Of a stretch of 64,000 bases of DNA, positions 49,567 to 60,500 are shown one piece after another; positions within the stretch are counted from its first letter, which is position 1; each line of letters opens with the position of its first letter. Location of the stretch: assembly GCA_947073045.1 (NCBI GenBank), contig CAMTJU010000004.1:1150-65149 (forward strand), read 5' to 3'. This DNA comes from an uncultured Clostridia bacterium (GTDB taxonomy: Bacteria > Bacillota > Clostridia > Lachnospirales > CAMVHY01). The notes below the pieces were generated by a model. It had not been told where the DNA came from. It was given only the letters and a program-made list of their open reading frames with translations, and ran no database searches. The position numbers were made by a program, and so were the translations under genes.

Positions 49567-50115
49567 TCATCTTTCCCTTATATAACTTATCATTATATTA
49601 TTGTATAGCTTGGTCTTAAAAAAGTCAAACTTGTTCAATTGATTTAACTTTTCAGTCGAACTTGTTTCACAAATAATAAGTGCATTATTGGAAAGAATAT
49701 TATATTTTGTCATACAAGCCAAAGTTTCATTAACTAAATTTTTATTATACGGTGGATCCATAAAAACTATATCAAACAAAATTTTTTTCTCGCAGAACAT
49801 TTTTATTGCAAAATTGCAATCATCGCAAATTATTTGTGCATTATTGATTAATTTAGTCAGTTCCAGATTTTTTTGTATTATCTGTATGCATTTTTTATTT
49901 TTGTCGACAAAGAATGATTTTTTTGCACCGCGACTTAATGCTTCAATACCGATTGCACCCGAGCCACTATAAAGATCTAAAAAAATACTGTCTTCAATTT
50001 TCATCATAAGCGAATTAAAAATAGCTTCTTTAATTCTGGAGATTGTCGGCCGCACTTGTAAACCATTAGGTGATTTCAAATTTGTGCCGTGCGCAATCCC
50101 AGATATAACTCTCAT
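49567..50115 (-). CDS. rsmD: 16S rRNA (guanine966-N2)-methyltransferase RsmD
   Basis: MRVISG..G..L..P....RPT, SAM motif [17 protein letters not shown] and DPPY. Confidence 0.92.
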   Translation of the reverse strand: MRVISGIAHGTNLKSPNGLQVRPTISRIKEAIFNSLMMKIEDSIFLDLYSGSGAIGIEALSRGAKKSFFVDKNKKCIQIIQKNLELTKLINNAQIICDDCNFAIKMFCEKKILFDIVFMDPPYNKNLVNETLACMTKYNILSNNALIICETSSTEKLNQLNKFDFFKTKLYNNIMISYIRER

Positions 50116-50198
50116 AAAAAATCCCCCTCATGAAAAATAAAGATCAAAAAAAAATCGTGCCCACGCACGACATTTTTTATATTCATAATAAATTATAA

Positions 50199-50438
50199 TC
50201 AACAAAACGTAATTTTAACGTCATTAGTCATAACATCAACATAAGCAAATGATAATTTTCTGTAAGGAATTTTATTTTGATAAAGTTCCACAGTAAAAAT
50301 ATTTGGGTAAACATTTTTCAAAACACAATTATCAATGGTAGTCTGATGAGCGCCACGTCCGCATTGTAATTTAACTTTATTACCTACAAAACACTGTATA
50401 TCATTTTTTACACGCAAGACATCACTTTTTCTCAACAT
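50199..50438 (-). CDS. veg: Veg family protein
   Basis: About 79 aa (DUF1021-like): ..IKNDI..FVGNKVKLQCGRG......NCVLKNVYPNIFTVEL......KLSFAYVDVMTNDVKI. Confidence 0.8.
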   Translation of the reverse strand: MLRKSDVLRVKNDIQCFVGNKVKLQCGRGAHQTTIDNCVLKNVYPNIFTVELYQNKIPYRKLSFAYVDVMTNDVKITFC

Positions 50439-50716
50439 CAGCTTCACCCTCTTTCAGATCTTTCACAATGAATTTTAACACAAACTTGAAACTTTGTCAA
50501 CAATTTTGCGCAAAAAAATTCATTTCTAGAGAAATTATTTGTTTGAGGAGAATTTATTTTTTATATTAACTTATAATTTTTTTAATATGTTTGCTTTTTA
50601 AAAGCAATGTTATATTTATTATGTTTAGTATTAAAAAAATGTATGAAAGTTTATTTCAAACAGGGCAATAATTTTTGGTAAAATATTTAAGTATGAATCT
50701 TTTAGGAGGTTTAATT

Positions 50717-52810
50717 TTGAAAACTTTTGTTGGAAATAGCTATGCCGAAAAATTATTTTATTATTCTTTTGCCAATAATGATTGTTTAAATATCGAAGCA
50801 GTTTTCTCTGATGAAACAAGTAATTTTATTTGCCCTGTGAATATTGATATTAATGAGCCATTTGAAATTAAAATCCGCAGTGCACGAAATAATATAGACA
50901 AAGTTTTTTTGTGCAATGACAATGAAAAATTTCCTATGGCTATAATAAATTCAGATTCTATGTTTGATTTTTATAGTATAAAAATTGATGGCTGCAGAAA
51001 AAAATTCGATTACTATTTTGAAATTCAAAAGAATGATCGAATTTATTTTTATAACAAACGTGGTTTATATGATGTTTTAAATCCGAGCTATAACTTTTCC
51101 ATTATCCCAGGTTTTTTTACTCCAGATTGGATCAAGGGCTCTGTTATGTATCAGATTTATGTTGATAGATTTTTTAATGGCGATGAAAAAAATGACGTTG
51201 TAAATAATGAATATATTTATTTGAATAAGGCTGCGAAAAAAATTGAAAAATGGACAATGCCTGTTTTAGAAAATGATGTTTGTAATTTCTATGGCGGGGA
51301 TTTAAAAGGTGTCATTGATAAAATGAATTACCTTAAAGATTTAGGAATCGAGGTGATTTATTTTAATCCTATATTTGTCTCGCCCAGCAATCACAAATAT
51401 GATATTCAAGATTATGATTATATCGATCCGCATTATGGAAAAATTGTTAATGATAGCGGAGAGGCTTTGTATTTTGAAAACTTTAATAATAAATTTGCAA
51501 CAAAGTACATGCAACGCACAACCGATAAAAAAAATCTTGAAGCTTCCAATCAATTATTTATTCAATTAGTAGAGATTGCGCATGCAAATGGTATAAAAAT
51601 TATTTTGGACGGAGTCTTTAATCATTGTGGCGCATTTAATAAATGGATGGATAAAGAAGGTTTTTATTATCGCATGGGGTATCCACAAGGTGCCTATCGC
51701 AGCAAAAATAGTATTTATCACAATTATTTTAGATGGTTTGATGAAAATTGGTCAAATAATGATTGTTATGAAAGTTGGTGGGGATTTGACAATCATCCTA
51801 AATTAAATTACGAGGGCTCAAGAGAACTTTTTGATTATATCTTAAATGTCGGCAAAAAATGGGTTAGTCCTCCTTTTAATGCTGATGGCTGGAGAGTTGA
51901 CGTTGCGGCGGATATTGGCATGAGTCAGGAATTTAATCATAAATTTTGGCGTGAGTTTCGGCTTGCAGTAAAAAATGCAAATCCAAATGCTGTGATTATT
52001 GCTGAACATTATGGCAATCCTAAAAAATGGCTCGAGGGTGACCAATGGGATTCAGTTATGAATTATGATGCATTTATGGAACCGATAACTTGGTTTTTAA
52101 CTGGTATGGAAAAACACAGTGAGGAATTTAAGCCCGACAGATTATGCAATGCTATTTATTTTGAAAATGCAATGCGTTATTCTATGGCGCAGTTTAGTTT
52201 TCAGTCCCTTTATTGCGCAATGAATGAATTATCTAATCACGACCATTCACGATTTTTGACAAGAACAAATATGACAGTAGGACGCTTGAATACTATGGGG
52301 ACAGAAGCTGCACAAAAAAATGTCAATAAAAACGTAATGATGGAGTCAGTTGTGTTTCAAATGACTTGGCCGGGCTGCCCCACTATTTATTATGCAGATG
52401 AAGTGGGATTAGCCGGTTGGAGTGACCCTGATAACCGTCGGCCATTTCCGTGGAACAATCAAGATGAAAATTTACTGAGCTTACACAAAACTTTGATACA
52501 AATTCATAAAAAAAGTGAGGCATTAAAGTATGGTTCACTTGAGTATTTGCATTTGGATTATGGAATTATTTCATTTGGTCGATGGATTGGTGATGAAAAA
52601 TATGTTATTGCAATAAATAACAATGATGTTGCAAAAGAAATAGATATACCTGTTTGGAAAATTGATGTAATTGACGACGTTTTAAAAAAAGTAATAGTTA
52701 CAGCGGCAAATAAATTTTCTTGCAATGAGGAAAATTATAAAGTAAACAATGGGTTTTTAAAAATAAATATGGATTCAAAAAGTGCAGTTGTGCTCAAAAA
52801 AATGTGTTGA
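50717..52810 (+). CDS. GH13 alpha-amylase family enzyme (neopullulanase/cyclomaltodextrinase-like)
   Basis: Conserved regions DGVFNHCG, GWRVDVAADI, IAEHYG and SNHDHSRF, with an N-terminal beta-domain. TTG at 50717 sits behind AGGAGG. No signal peptide. Confidence 0.9.
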   Translation: MKTFVGNSYAEKLFYYSFANNDCLNIEAVFSDETSNFICPVNIDINEPFEIKIRSARNNIDKVFLCNDNEKFPMAIINSDSMFDFYSIKIDGCRKKFDYYFEIQKNDRIYFYNKRGLYDVLNPSYNFSIIPGFFTPDWIKGSVMYQIYVDRFFNGDEKNDVVNNEYIYLNKAAKKIEKWTMPVLENDVCNFYGGDLKGVIDKMNYLKDLGIEVIYFNPIFVSPSNHKYDIQDYDYIDPHYGKIVNDSGEALYFENFNNKFATKYMQRTTDKKNLEASNQLFIQLVEIAHANGIKIILDGVFNHCGAFNKWMDKEGFYYRMGYPQGAYRSKNSIYHNYFRWFDENWSNNDCYESWWGFDNHPKLNYEGSRELFDYILNVGKKWVSPPFNADGWRVDVAADIGMSQEFNHKFWREFRLAVKNANPNAVIIAEHYGNPKKWLEGDQWDSVMNYDAFMEPITWFLTGMEKHSEEFKPDRLCNAIYFENAMRYSMAQFSFQSLYCAMNELSNHDHSRFLTRTNMTVGRLNTMGTEAAQKNVNKNVMMESVVFQMTWPGCPTIYYADEVGLAGWSDPDNRRPFPWNNQDENLLSLHKTLIQIHKKSEALKYGSLEYLHLDYGIISFGRWIGDEKYVIAINNNDVAKEIDIPVWKIDVIDDVLKKVIVTAANKFSCNEENYKVNNGFLKINMDSKSAVVLKKMC

Positions 52811-52912
52811 TTAAAAGTAATTAAAGAGCTGGCCAAAAATCATAAAAAAAATAAAACACAGTCATTTTTTATAGTGACTGTGTTTTTTTTATTGTGTTGC
52901 GACTAATTTTTT

Positions 52913-53911
52913 TTATAGCCCTGGCAAAAGCAATCCAAAATGTTTGTATCCATAATGAGTTACGCATCTGCCACGCGCAGTTCGCTGAATGTATCCAAGC
53001 TGAATTAAATAAGGTTCGTACACATCTTCAATTGTTTGGGCATCTTCATTTATTGCTGCAGCGAGAGTATCCAAACCTACTGGGCCACCACCGAATTTAT
53101 TTATCATCGTCTCTAAAATTTTTCGGTCTATCAAATCCAAGCCAACTTTATCTATTTCCAGATGGTCCAAAGAATTTTTTGCAATTGCCTCACTTATTAG
53201 ACCACAATTTTCAATCTGTGCAAAATCTCGTACGCGCTTTAATAATCTATTTGCAATACGTGGCGTTCCTCGTGAACGTCTTGCAATTTCTTGTGCTGCC
53301 TTATTTTCAATATCTATTTCCAAAACTTTTGCCGAGCGCTCAACAATTTTTTCAAGCTCATTTACACTATAAGGTTCGAGATGATTTATTACGCCAAATC
53401 TGTCACGCAATGGCGCAGTTAATAAACCAATGCGAGTTGTCGCTCCAATCAATGTAAAATGCGGCAAGTCCAGACGTATACTTTTTGCCCCCGGGCCCTT
53501 GCCAATTACAATATCCAAAGTAAAGTCTTCCATTGCTGGATAAAGCATTTCTTCAACAATACGATTGAGTCTGTGGATTTCGTCAATAAATAAAATATCG
53601 CCAGTTGATAAATTATTTAAAATTGCAGCCATATCGCCAGTGTTTTCAATAGCGGGACCAGATGTAATTTTTATATTGACGCCCATATAATTTGCAATAA
53701 TATTAGAGAAAGTAGTTTTCCCAAGTCCCGGCGGTCCATAAAAAAGAACATGGTCTAAAGTTTCATTACGAATCTTAGCCGCATCCATATAAATTTTCAT
53801 ATTATGTTTTAGTTTATCCTGCCCGATGTAATCAGCAAAAGTTTGTGGGCGCAGTTTTGGTTCGAGATAAACATCTTCACTTCTAATTTGTGTTTGAATA
53901 ATTCTTTTCAC
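52913..53911 (-). CDS. ruvB: Holliday junction branch migration DNA helicase RuvB
   Basis: [26 protein letters not shown]. Confidence 0.98.
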   Translation of the reverse strand: MKRIIQTQIRSEDVYLEPKLRPQTFADYIGQDKLKHNMKIYMDAAKIRNETLDHVLFYGPPGLGKTTFSNIIANYMGVNIKITSGPAIENTGDMAAILNNLSTGDILFIDEIHRLNRIVEEMLYPAMEDFTLDIVIGKGPGAKSIRLDLPHFTLIGATTRIGLLTAPLRDRFGVINHLEPYSVNELEKIVERSAKVLEIDIENKAAQEIARRSRGTPRIANRLLKRVRDFAQIENCGLISEAIAKNSLDHLEIDKVGLDLIDRKILETMINKFGGGPVGLDTLAAAINEDAQTIEDVYEPYLIQLGYIQRTARGRCVTHYGYKHFGLLLPGL

Positions 53912-53921
53912 AGTGCATCAC

Positions 53922-54506
53922 CTATTTAGCAAAAAATTTCAAAGCTATTTTAATTATTTCCTGCGCAGATAAATTTTCAGTTTCCATCTCCATAACAATT
54001 TTAATAACGTCCGAGCGAACATATCCCAAACTACAAAGAGCGTCAATAGCATCTGTGCACTCATTGTTTTCGATATGGGATTGATTTTTCAAAGCCGGCA
54101 AACTAATTTTATCTTTGAGTTCCAAAACTAAACGCTGAGCAGTTTTTTTTCCAATACCGGGAATTTTACTAAGTGCGTCCGTATCTTCGCTGGCAATTGC
54201 AAATAAAACGTCTTCATCCGACATATTTGACAATATATTCATGGCGGCCTTGGGTCCAATTCCTGACACAGTTATCAATTGGTTGAAGGTTTGCAATTGC
54301 GACAATGATAAAAATCCATAAAGGCAAATTGAATCTTCTTTAACCGACATAAATGTATAAAGCTTTAATTTTTCATTGGTGCCCAAACTAATTATTTTAT
54401 TAATTGTAGAATCCGAAACCTTTATTTCATAGCCGATTCCATTATTATTAATAATAACGGAATTTTTTTCTATACTGTCGATTTCTCCGATTATAAATGA
54501 AATCAT
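53922..54506 (-). CDS. ruvA: Holliday junction branch migration protein RuvA
   Basis: MISFIIGEI..., two HhH motifs (VSGIGPKAA, IPGIGKKTAQRL) and a C-terminal domain III. Confidence 0.95.
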   Translation of the reverse strand: MISFIIGEIDSIEKNSVIINNNGIGYEIKVSDSTINKIISLGTNEKLKLYTFMSVKEDSICLYGFLSLSQLQTFNQLITVSGIGPKAAMNILSNMSDEDVLFAIASEDTDALSKIPGIGKKTAQRLVLELKDKISLPALKNQSHIENNECTDAIDALCSLGYVRSDVIKIVMEMETENLSAQEIIKIALKFFAK

Positions 54507-54756
54507 ATTTAAGACCACACTTTCCCAAAATAATATATTTAAATAAATTTCGATTGAATCGTTTTCATTTTTCTATGCAAATTTATTTACTACGTATATT
54601 TATTTTATCATGCATAGCATCTAATTTCTCATAAAAAATTTATTTTTTTGTTTAAAATAATTATAATTGTTTTCTTTAAAAAATAACTAAGGAGATTTCT
54701 TTGACCCAGAAATAAAAGAACGTATCACAGCAGAATAAAAAGTAAATTATAAAAAA

Positions 54757-54814
54757 AACCCTTATAATACTGGACTGCACTTCAATTTTTGAGCTCAGTA
54801 CCAGTATTAGGGTT
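54757..54814. terminator. long bidirectional terminator hairpin downstream of the bile-salt-hydrolase gene
   Basis: A8, then AACCCTTATAATACTGG ... CCAGTATTAGGGTT, then T8. Confidence 0.75.
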
Positions 54815-55066
54815 TTTTTTATAAAAATTAATAAACAAAGTTATTCTCTAAATGTTCGTTACAGAATAATTCAAATGAATATCTAACATCTTTTTTATCA
54901 GACAAGCGTAAATGATCGATAACGTTTGATTTTTTGTAGAGAAATAAGCAAGTAGCAAAATTTTCTTTGGTATGAAAAGATTTAATGCCGACTAATTCTG
55001 ATTTTTTAATGTCAATTCTGTTTCTTCAAATTTGCCTTACTCTATTTATTTGTAAAAGTAGCCCTT

Positions 55067-56041
55067 TTAATTTAGCATATTGACTTGTTGTTCATCAATC
55101 ACTGGAAAAATAAAGAGTTCATCACTATCTAAATCTGTGTGGTGCATGTTCACACTTGTCACTTGGCTATTGTTATAAGTTGTATAATAGTAAATGCCTT
55201 TATCAACATTGCAGCATGATGAGTAGATTGTATATTCAAATTTATCATCTCCTACATTACATAAGCCTTTTTGTTGTTCAACAGATTTTAAGATGTGGAA
55301 GAATTGGCTAACACTATCCTCTTCACCTTGTCCAGGTAGAGTGTTAAGCTTCGTAAAAGTTGCTTTGATAAAGCGTGAATTTGAAGTTAAATCGCCAGGC
55401 AAACCAAGTGTTCCCATACCACGTGAATATTCATCAAGTTCAATCTTGTTTGAAAAACGATTTCCAGTTGCAACTGGTGAAACAAATCGGTAGTTATTAA
55501 GGCTAAACAATTGGATATCAAAGGTAGGGTTGTTAGTAAGAACACCAACAGGATTGTCGTACACCTTTAATCCATCTTTAACAGATTCAACGACAATGGA
55601 GCATTCACGATCAGCAATTAACCAATGAAGAGGAGCAAGTGGCAATTCAGCACTAAAGTCAATATTTACAAGATTAATTTCGTTTAACAAAGTCTTTGTT
55701 TCATCAATAGTTGCACATTGTCCCAAAATATATTGAATAAATTCAAAAGGTGAAATATTAAGTTTATCGGGATTTTCGGGGAAAAAGTGAGCATTTCCTT
55801 CAAAATTTAATCCTGCCATGGCTAATCCTTTTTCATTAGTAGCGTCAAAATAAAGAGGATAGTTATCTCTAACTGCTGCCATACCGATGATAGCGTAGTG
55901 ACTTGATATGTCTTTTATTTTACGAAATGGGAAATTAAAATTACGTGGTGTAATTGTAATCTGTTGTCCGTAAGATAACTCTAAATCTAAATTACGACCA
56001 AAATAATGATCTTGAGTATGATAAGTAATAGCTGTACACAT
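55067..56041 (-). CDS. choloylglycine hydrolase family protein (bile salt hydrolase / linear amide C-N hydrolase)
   Basis: MCTAITY N-terminal Cys nucleophile behind AGGAGGG, GRNLDLE and Ntn-hydrolase length (324 aa). Confidence 0.88.
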   Translation of the reverse strand: MCTAITYHTQDHYFGRNLDLELSYGQQITITPRNFNFPFRKIKDISSHYAIIGMAAVRDNYPLYFDATNEKGLAMAGLNFEGNAHFFPENPDKLNISPFEFIQYILGQCATIDETKTLLNEINLVNIDFSAELPLAPLHWLIADRECSIVVESVKDGLKVYDNPVGVLTNNPTFDIQLFSLNNYRFVSPVATGNRFSNKIELDEYSRGMGTLGLPGDLTSNSRFIKATFTKLNTLPGQGEEDSVSQFFHILKSVEQQKGLCNVGDDKFEYTIYSSCCNVDKGIYYYTTYNNSQVTSVNMHHTDLDSDELFIFPVIDEQQVNMLN

Positions 56042-56625
56042 ATTAATCCCTCCTATGAACAATAATTTTACTTTCATTTCAACAGCGCTCAAACCACTTA
56101 CTCTTAATTTAGTTAAAATAAGCAACAGTGAGCCCAGCCAAAAAAAAGTAAAACAAAATTATTAGTTATAAATATATTATGCATGCATTCTAACATATTT
56201 TTAATGTAATTACAATAACTCTTCCTCAAATTATATTTTCCTTAATAAACCATCAAAGTAGACTGGAACAAAAGTTTCAATTCATATCCAAAATTGAACA
56301 GTTGGATTGAAATCCAAGAGTTGTTTCTTGCATTTGCTTTTGGAGTTTTTTGATGGTTTATTTGTGCTTTTCTTGCTCTTTGTTAGTCTATCAAGCTATT
56401 TTGCTACTTCACTATTATCAGTTTTATTTGAAAAATAGCAATAAGATACCTAATTTCTTTAATACAATGTTATTTATTCTAAATTACTTGTAGCTCACGA
56501 CGGAGAATAGTTTCATTCATCTTTCTTTGCATGGATTTGTTAATATTGTAAGTATACCATGATAAAATGCCAATTACTATTATGTGTGGCATGTATAATT
56601 ATCTGTATGAGACCTCGTTCATTTT

Positions 56626-56662
56626 GAGAAAAACATCCTTGTTTATTTTTTACTAAGGATGT
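56626..56662 (-). terminator. second minus-strand terminator-like hairpin downstream of sigA
   Basis: Minus strand: ACATCCTT-agtaaaaaataaac-AAGGATGT followed by TTTTTCTC. Confidence 0.5.
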
Positions 56663-56720
56663 AAAAAAAATACAAAAAAATAAACACAGAGCAATTATTT
56701 TGTTTTACAAAAAACTTCAC

Positions 56721-56750
56721 AAAAAAACTCAAGCATAAATGCTTGAGTTT
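56721..56750 (-). terminator. rho-independent terminator of sigA (A-type variant hairpin)
   Basis: Minus strand: ACTCAAGC-atttat-GCTTGAGT followed by T7, 24 nt after the stop. Confidence 0.8.
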
Positions 56751-56773
56751 AATGCTTTTATACAATTTATTAA

Positions 56774-57910
56774 TTATGATGAAGAAGATGATGATGAATA
56801 AAAATCTTTTAATTTTTTACTGCGACTTGGGTGACGCAATTTTCTTATAGCTTTTGCTTCAATTTGACGAATTCTTTCGCGCGTAACATTAAACGCCAAG
56901 CCAACTTCTTCTAATGTGTGCGTTTTATATCCATCTAAACCGTAACGCATTCTTACAACATTTGCTTCCCTGTCATCCAAAGTATCGAGAACTTTTGAAA
57001 TTTCTATCTTTAACAACTCAATATCTGCTAAAGCAGAAGGCGAAGATGCTTCATCATCAGGTAAGAAATCTGCCAAATGCGTCTCTTCTTCGCCACCGAG
57101 CGGTGTCTCTAATGAGACAGGTTCCTGGGATATTTTTAATATATCATTAACTTTATCAACTGACATTTGCATTTCTTGTGCAATTTCTTCAGCGGACGGC
57201 TCGTGACCTTTGTCTTGCGAAAGCTGGCGAGAAGTCCTGATTAATTTATTTATTGTTTCTATCATGTGCACAGGAATCCTAATTGTACGTGCTTGATCGG
57301 CAATTGAACGAGTAATGGATTGTCTTATCCACCATGTTGCATACGTACTGAACTTAAAGCCTTTTCTGTAATCAAATTTTTCTACGGCTTTAATCAATCC
57401 TAAATTTCCTTCTTGAATTAAATCGAGGAGATTCATTCCACGTCCAATATATCTTTTGGCAATACTAACGACAAGGCGAAGATTTGACTCAGTTAATTTT
57501 TTTTTGGCTTCCTCATCACCATTTTCAATTAACTTAGCCAAAGCAATTTCTTCTTCTGCACTTATTAAAGTAGTTTTACCAATTTCTTTTAAATACATGC
57601 GAATATGATCGTCAACATTTATATTGTCTTCTTTTATGGCAGGTGTCGTTTGAGAATCATCGTCTCCATTAGCATCTGCTTCATCAATAATAGTAATGCC
57701 ATTGATTTCGAAGTATTCATAAATTTTTTCTATATGCTCGGGCTCGAGTTCAAACTTACTTAAATGATCCATAATTTGTTTGTACTCAAGAGTACATTTA
57801 TTATTTCTAGCTATTTTAAGTAATTCATTAAGTTTCTCGATTAAAGAAAATTCATCGGATGAAACTTTTTCAGAAATTTCATTTATTTGACTTTGTTGCG
57901 TACTCAACAC
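56774..57910 (-). CDS. sigA: RNA polymerase sigma factor RpoD/SigA
   Basis: Regions 1.2-4.2 present: [35 protein letters not shown] and [23 protein letters not shown]. Unusual C-terminal poly-Ser tail (SSSSSSS). Confidence 0.97.
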   Translation of the reverse strand: MLSTQQSQINEISEKVSSDEFSLIEKLNELLKIARNNKCTLEYKQIMDHLSKFELEPEHIEKIYEYFEINGITIIDEADANGDDDSQTTPAIKEDNINVDDHIRMYLKEIGKTTLISAEEEIALAKLIENGDEEAKKKLTESNLRLVVSIAKRYIGRGMNLLDLIQEGNLGLIKAVEKFDYRKGFKFSTYATWWIRQSITRSIADQARTIRIPVHMIETINKLIRTSRQLSQDKGHEPSAEEIAQEMQMSVDKVNDILKISQEPVSLETPLGGEEETHLADFLPDDEASSPSALADIELLKIEISKVLDTLDDREANVVRMRYGLDGYKTHTLEEVGLAFNVTRERIRQIEAKAIRKLRHPSRSKKLKDFYSSSSSSS

Positions 57911-57922
57911 AAATCATTCCTT

Positions 57923-59641
57923 TCAATATAAATTTATATGAATTGCGTCAATCGCTTTTTTCTCTTCTAGTAAACTTTTCAGTTCTTTGACGTCTTTTGT
58001 ATTCAATATTTTTTGTTCGACATTGTATTTTTTAATAGTTTTAATAATATCCGAGACAGCCTTTTCGTAATCATCATACATTATATTTTCGTTTAACATT
58101 TGTGCGACGAAAGACTGATCATCAGGATTTTCGAAATTATTTATAATCTGGGAAAAATTAATTTGCAATTGCATTTGACATTTAGCATATATAAATTCCA
58201 AAATTTTTTCATATAAACCAGACAATTCATTTGGCATCAAATATTTTTTAATCTGCTGGCAAAAATTCAAATTTTTTATAGCAATATTAATAATGTCAGA
58301 TTGAGCTTTGTCTATTACAGATTTATTTTTAATTATAGGATTATCATTTTTTTTTATATCATGCATTTTTAAATTTTGCTTGTCCATTTCAAATTTAATA
58401 GCTTCGGGAGAAATTTGCATTGTTTTAGATATTTCGTTTATATAAACTTCTTTTTGTATTGTATCCTGCAAACCAGAAATTATTTGAGAAACAGATTTAG
58501 TAAATTTAATTTTATCGGCAGCATTTTCAAGATTATAATTTTTTTTCTCAAGCATAATTTCAAATTCTATACTATCAACTGCACTATCAAGCAAATTTGA
58601 AAATGCAGCACTTCCAAATTTTTTTATGTATTCATCAGGATCTTTAGCATCTGTCACTTGCAAAACCTTTGTCTCCAATCCAACAGAATTTAAAATTGGA
58701 ATTGAACGCAAAACAGCTTTAACTCCCGCCTGATCACTGTCAAACAATAATATTACACAATCAAAATGATTTTTTATTAATCTTGCATGTTTAATTGATA
58801 AAGCTGTGCCAAGTACAGCTGCTACATTTTGAAATCCTGCTTGATACAGACTTATAACATCCATATAACCTTCTGTCAAAATTAATTTTTTTGATTTTGA
58901 CTTGCATGCCAAATTTATATTATACAGATTTGAACTTTTATTAAAAATGAGAGTTTCTGGTGAATTCAAATATTTAGGTTTCGAATTGTTTAATGTTCTT
59001 GCGCCAAATCCAATTACTTTGCCGTAAATATTAAAAATAGGAAACATAAGGCGATTGAAAAATCTATCAAACAATTTTCCGTTTTTTTCATTGATCAAGC
59101 CTGAATCAATCATTTCTTTTTTGCTATAATCAAGCTGCGCTAGATATTTATAAAGTTCGTTGCCATTAGATTTAGAATAACCCAAGCCAAATTTTTTTTT
59201 GATATCTTCATTAATATTGCGAGATTTCACATAATCAAGTGCAATTTGTGAATTAAGTAAATTATGATAGAAAAACTTAGCAGTATCTACATGAATTTTT
59301 AATAATTTATTTTTGTATTGCATTTTTTTATTATCAACAGGATTTTTAAATTCGGGTAAAACATGATTTACACGTTCAGCCAAAAATCTTATTGCTTGTC
59401 CAAAATTAAAATTTTCCATTTTCATAATAAAAGTAAAAACATTTCCAGATTCACCACAACCAAAGCAATGATACATTTGACGCTCAGGATTTACACAAAA
59501 AGACGGAGATTTTTCATTATGAAAAGGGCACAAGCCAAAATAAGAGTTTCCCTTTTGTTGAAGATTCACATAAGAAGAAATCACATTGACAATTTCATTT
59601 GCACTTTGGACTTCTTCAATTACATCATTTGAATAAAGCAT
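57923..59641 (-). CDS. dnaG: DNA primase
   Basis: Zinc finger CPFHNEKSPSFCV..CFGCG and TOPRIM LTEGYMDV..DSDQAG. ATG at 59641 sits behind GGAGG. Confidence 0.96.
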   Translation of the reverse strand: MLYSNDVIEEVQSANEIVNVISSYVNLQQKGNSYFGLCPFHNEKSPSFCVNPERQMYHCFGCGESGNVFTFIMKMENFNFGQAIRFLAERVNHVLPEFKNPVDNKKMQYKNKLLKIHVDTAKFFYHNLLNSQIALDYVKSRNINEDIKKKFGLGYSKSNGNELYKYLAQLDYSKKEMIDSGLINEKNGKLFDRFFNRLMFPIFNIYGKVIGFGARTLNNSKPKYLNSPETLIFNKSSNLYNINLACKSKSKKLILTEGYMDVISLYQAGFQNVAAVLGTALSIKHARLIKNHFDCVILLFDSDQAGVKAVLRSIPILNSVGLETKVLQVTDAKDPDEYIKKFGSAAFSNLLDSAVDSIEFEIMLEKKNYNLENAADKIKFTKSVSQIISGLQDTIQKEVYINEISKTMQISPEAIKFEMDKQNLKMHDIKKNDNPIIKNKSVIDKAQSDIINIAIKNLNFCQQIKKYLMPNELSGLYEKILEFIYAKCQMQLQINFSQIINNFENPDDQSFVAQMLNENIMYDDYEKAVSDIIKTIKKYNVEQKILNTKDVKELKSLLEEKKAIDAIHINLY

Positions 59642-60500
59642 GCGAACCTCCATATGTATTAGATTGTCCGTAACGATTCATCAATTTAAAATTATATCAT
59701 CAGAATATACAAAAAACAAGTTTTTTCGATTGAAGCTTTCTGTATGAAAATTACAATTCATTTTTTAATAATTGTTGCTTTCCTGAAGGAAAAAACAAAG
59801 AACTTTTAAATACAAATAAAGATGATACATAAGATTATGTAACAGTTTTTTTGTATAAATATATAAATATTTTATATTTTTTTGAAAGAATCTTATTTTT
59901 GATCTAAATTTTGTTATTCTTACAAAAATGGTTTAGTTAAGGTAGAATTATTTTTATAAAGTTCAGTGTTATGTTCCATGGCTTTAAATTTAGTACTAGT
60001 AAAAAGTAAATGTATAGATAGTCATAATAACTATTCTGTATTTGGTAATTATATATAGCATGTTACTTATGTAATTTTAAATATTGCCGAAAATGAAACA
60101 ATAAATATTTTTTTCATTTTTTGATTATTTTTTCTGAATTTGTTTTTATGGTATTAGTCTAAAATTAGGAATAAGTTATTGTTTTTGAAGAACTTGATTG
60201 CAATTTTTTGTTTTTTATTTTTTTTATTTATTTATGTTATAGTTTATCGTTAAAATTTAAATTGAAAGTGATTGTTTTTTATGAATGAGGCAGTGCCAAG
60301 AATTACTAGAATATCAAGAATGCCTAAAAATGCAAAAAACAAATGAAGATAGAATACTATTAACGCCAAAAATTGTAAAAGGAAAAATTTCAGAAAATAT
60401 TGATAACAATTCTTTAAATATAATATAGTGATTTTTTTACTTTTTTGATTAAAGTGAGGGAAGGTTTAGCTGGTAAATATGAGCCAAAAGAATATAAATT

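Noticed and set aside
54828-55024. 65-codon stop-to-stop open frame on the minus strand between the hydrolase stop and the big terminator (..DIKKSELVGIKSFHTKENFATCLFLYKKSNVIDHLRLSDKKDVRYSFELFCNEHLENNFVY)
   Set aside because: It has no start codon or RBS, and I recognise no family. It may be the C-terminal relic of a lost gene, but a chance open frame cannot be excluded, so it is not reported as a feature.
56774-56800. Poly-serine C-terminal tail of SigA (SSSSSSS) as a frameshift or assembly artefact
   Set aside because: The frame is continuous from conserved region 4.2 through the tail to a normal stop followed by a good terminator. It is most simply a real low-complexity extension encoded by TCA/TCT repeats, and is noted only in the feature evidence.
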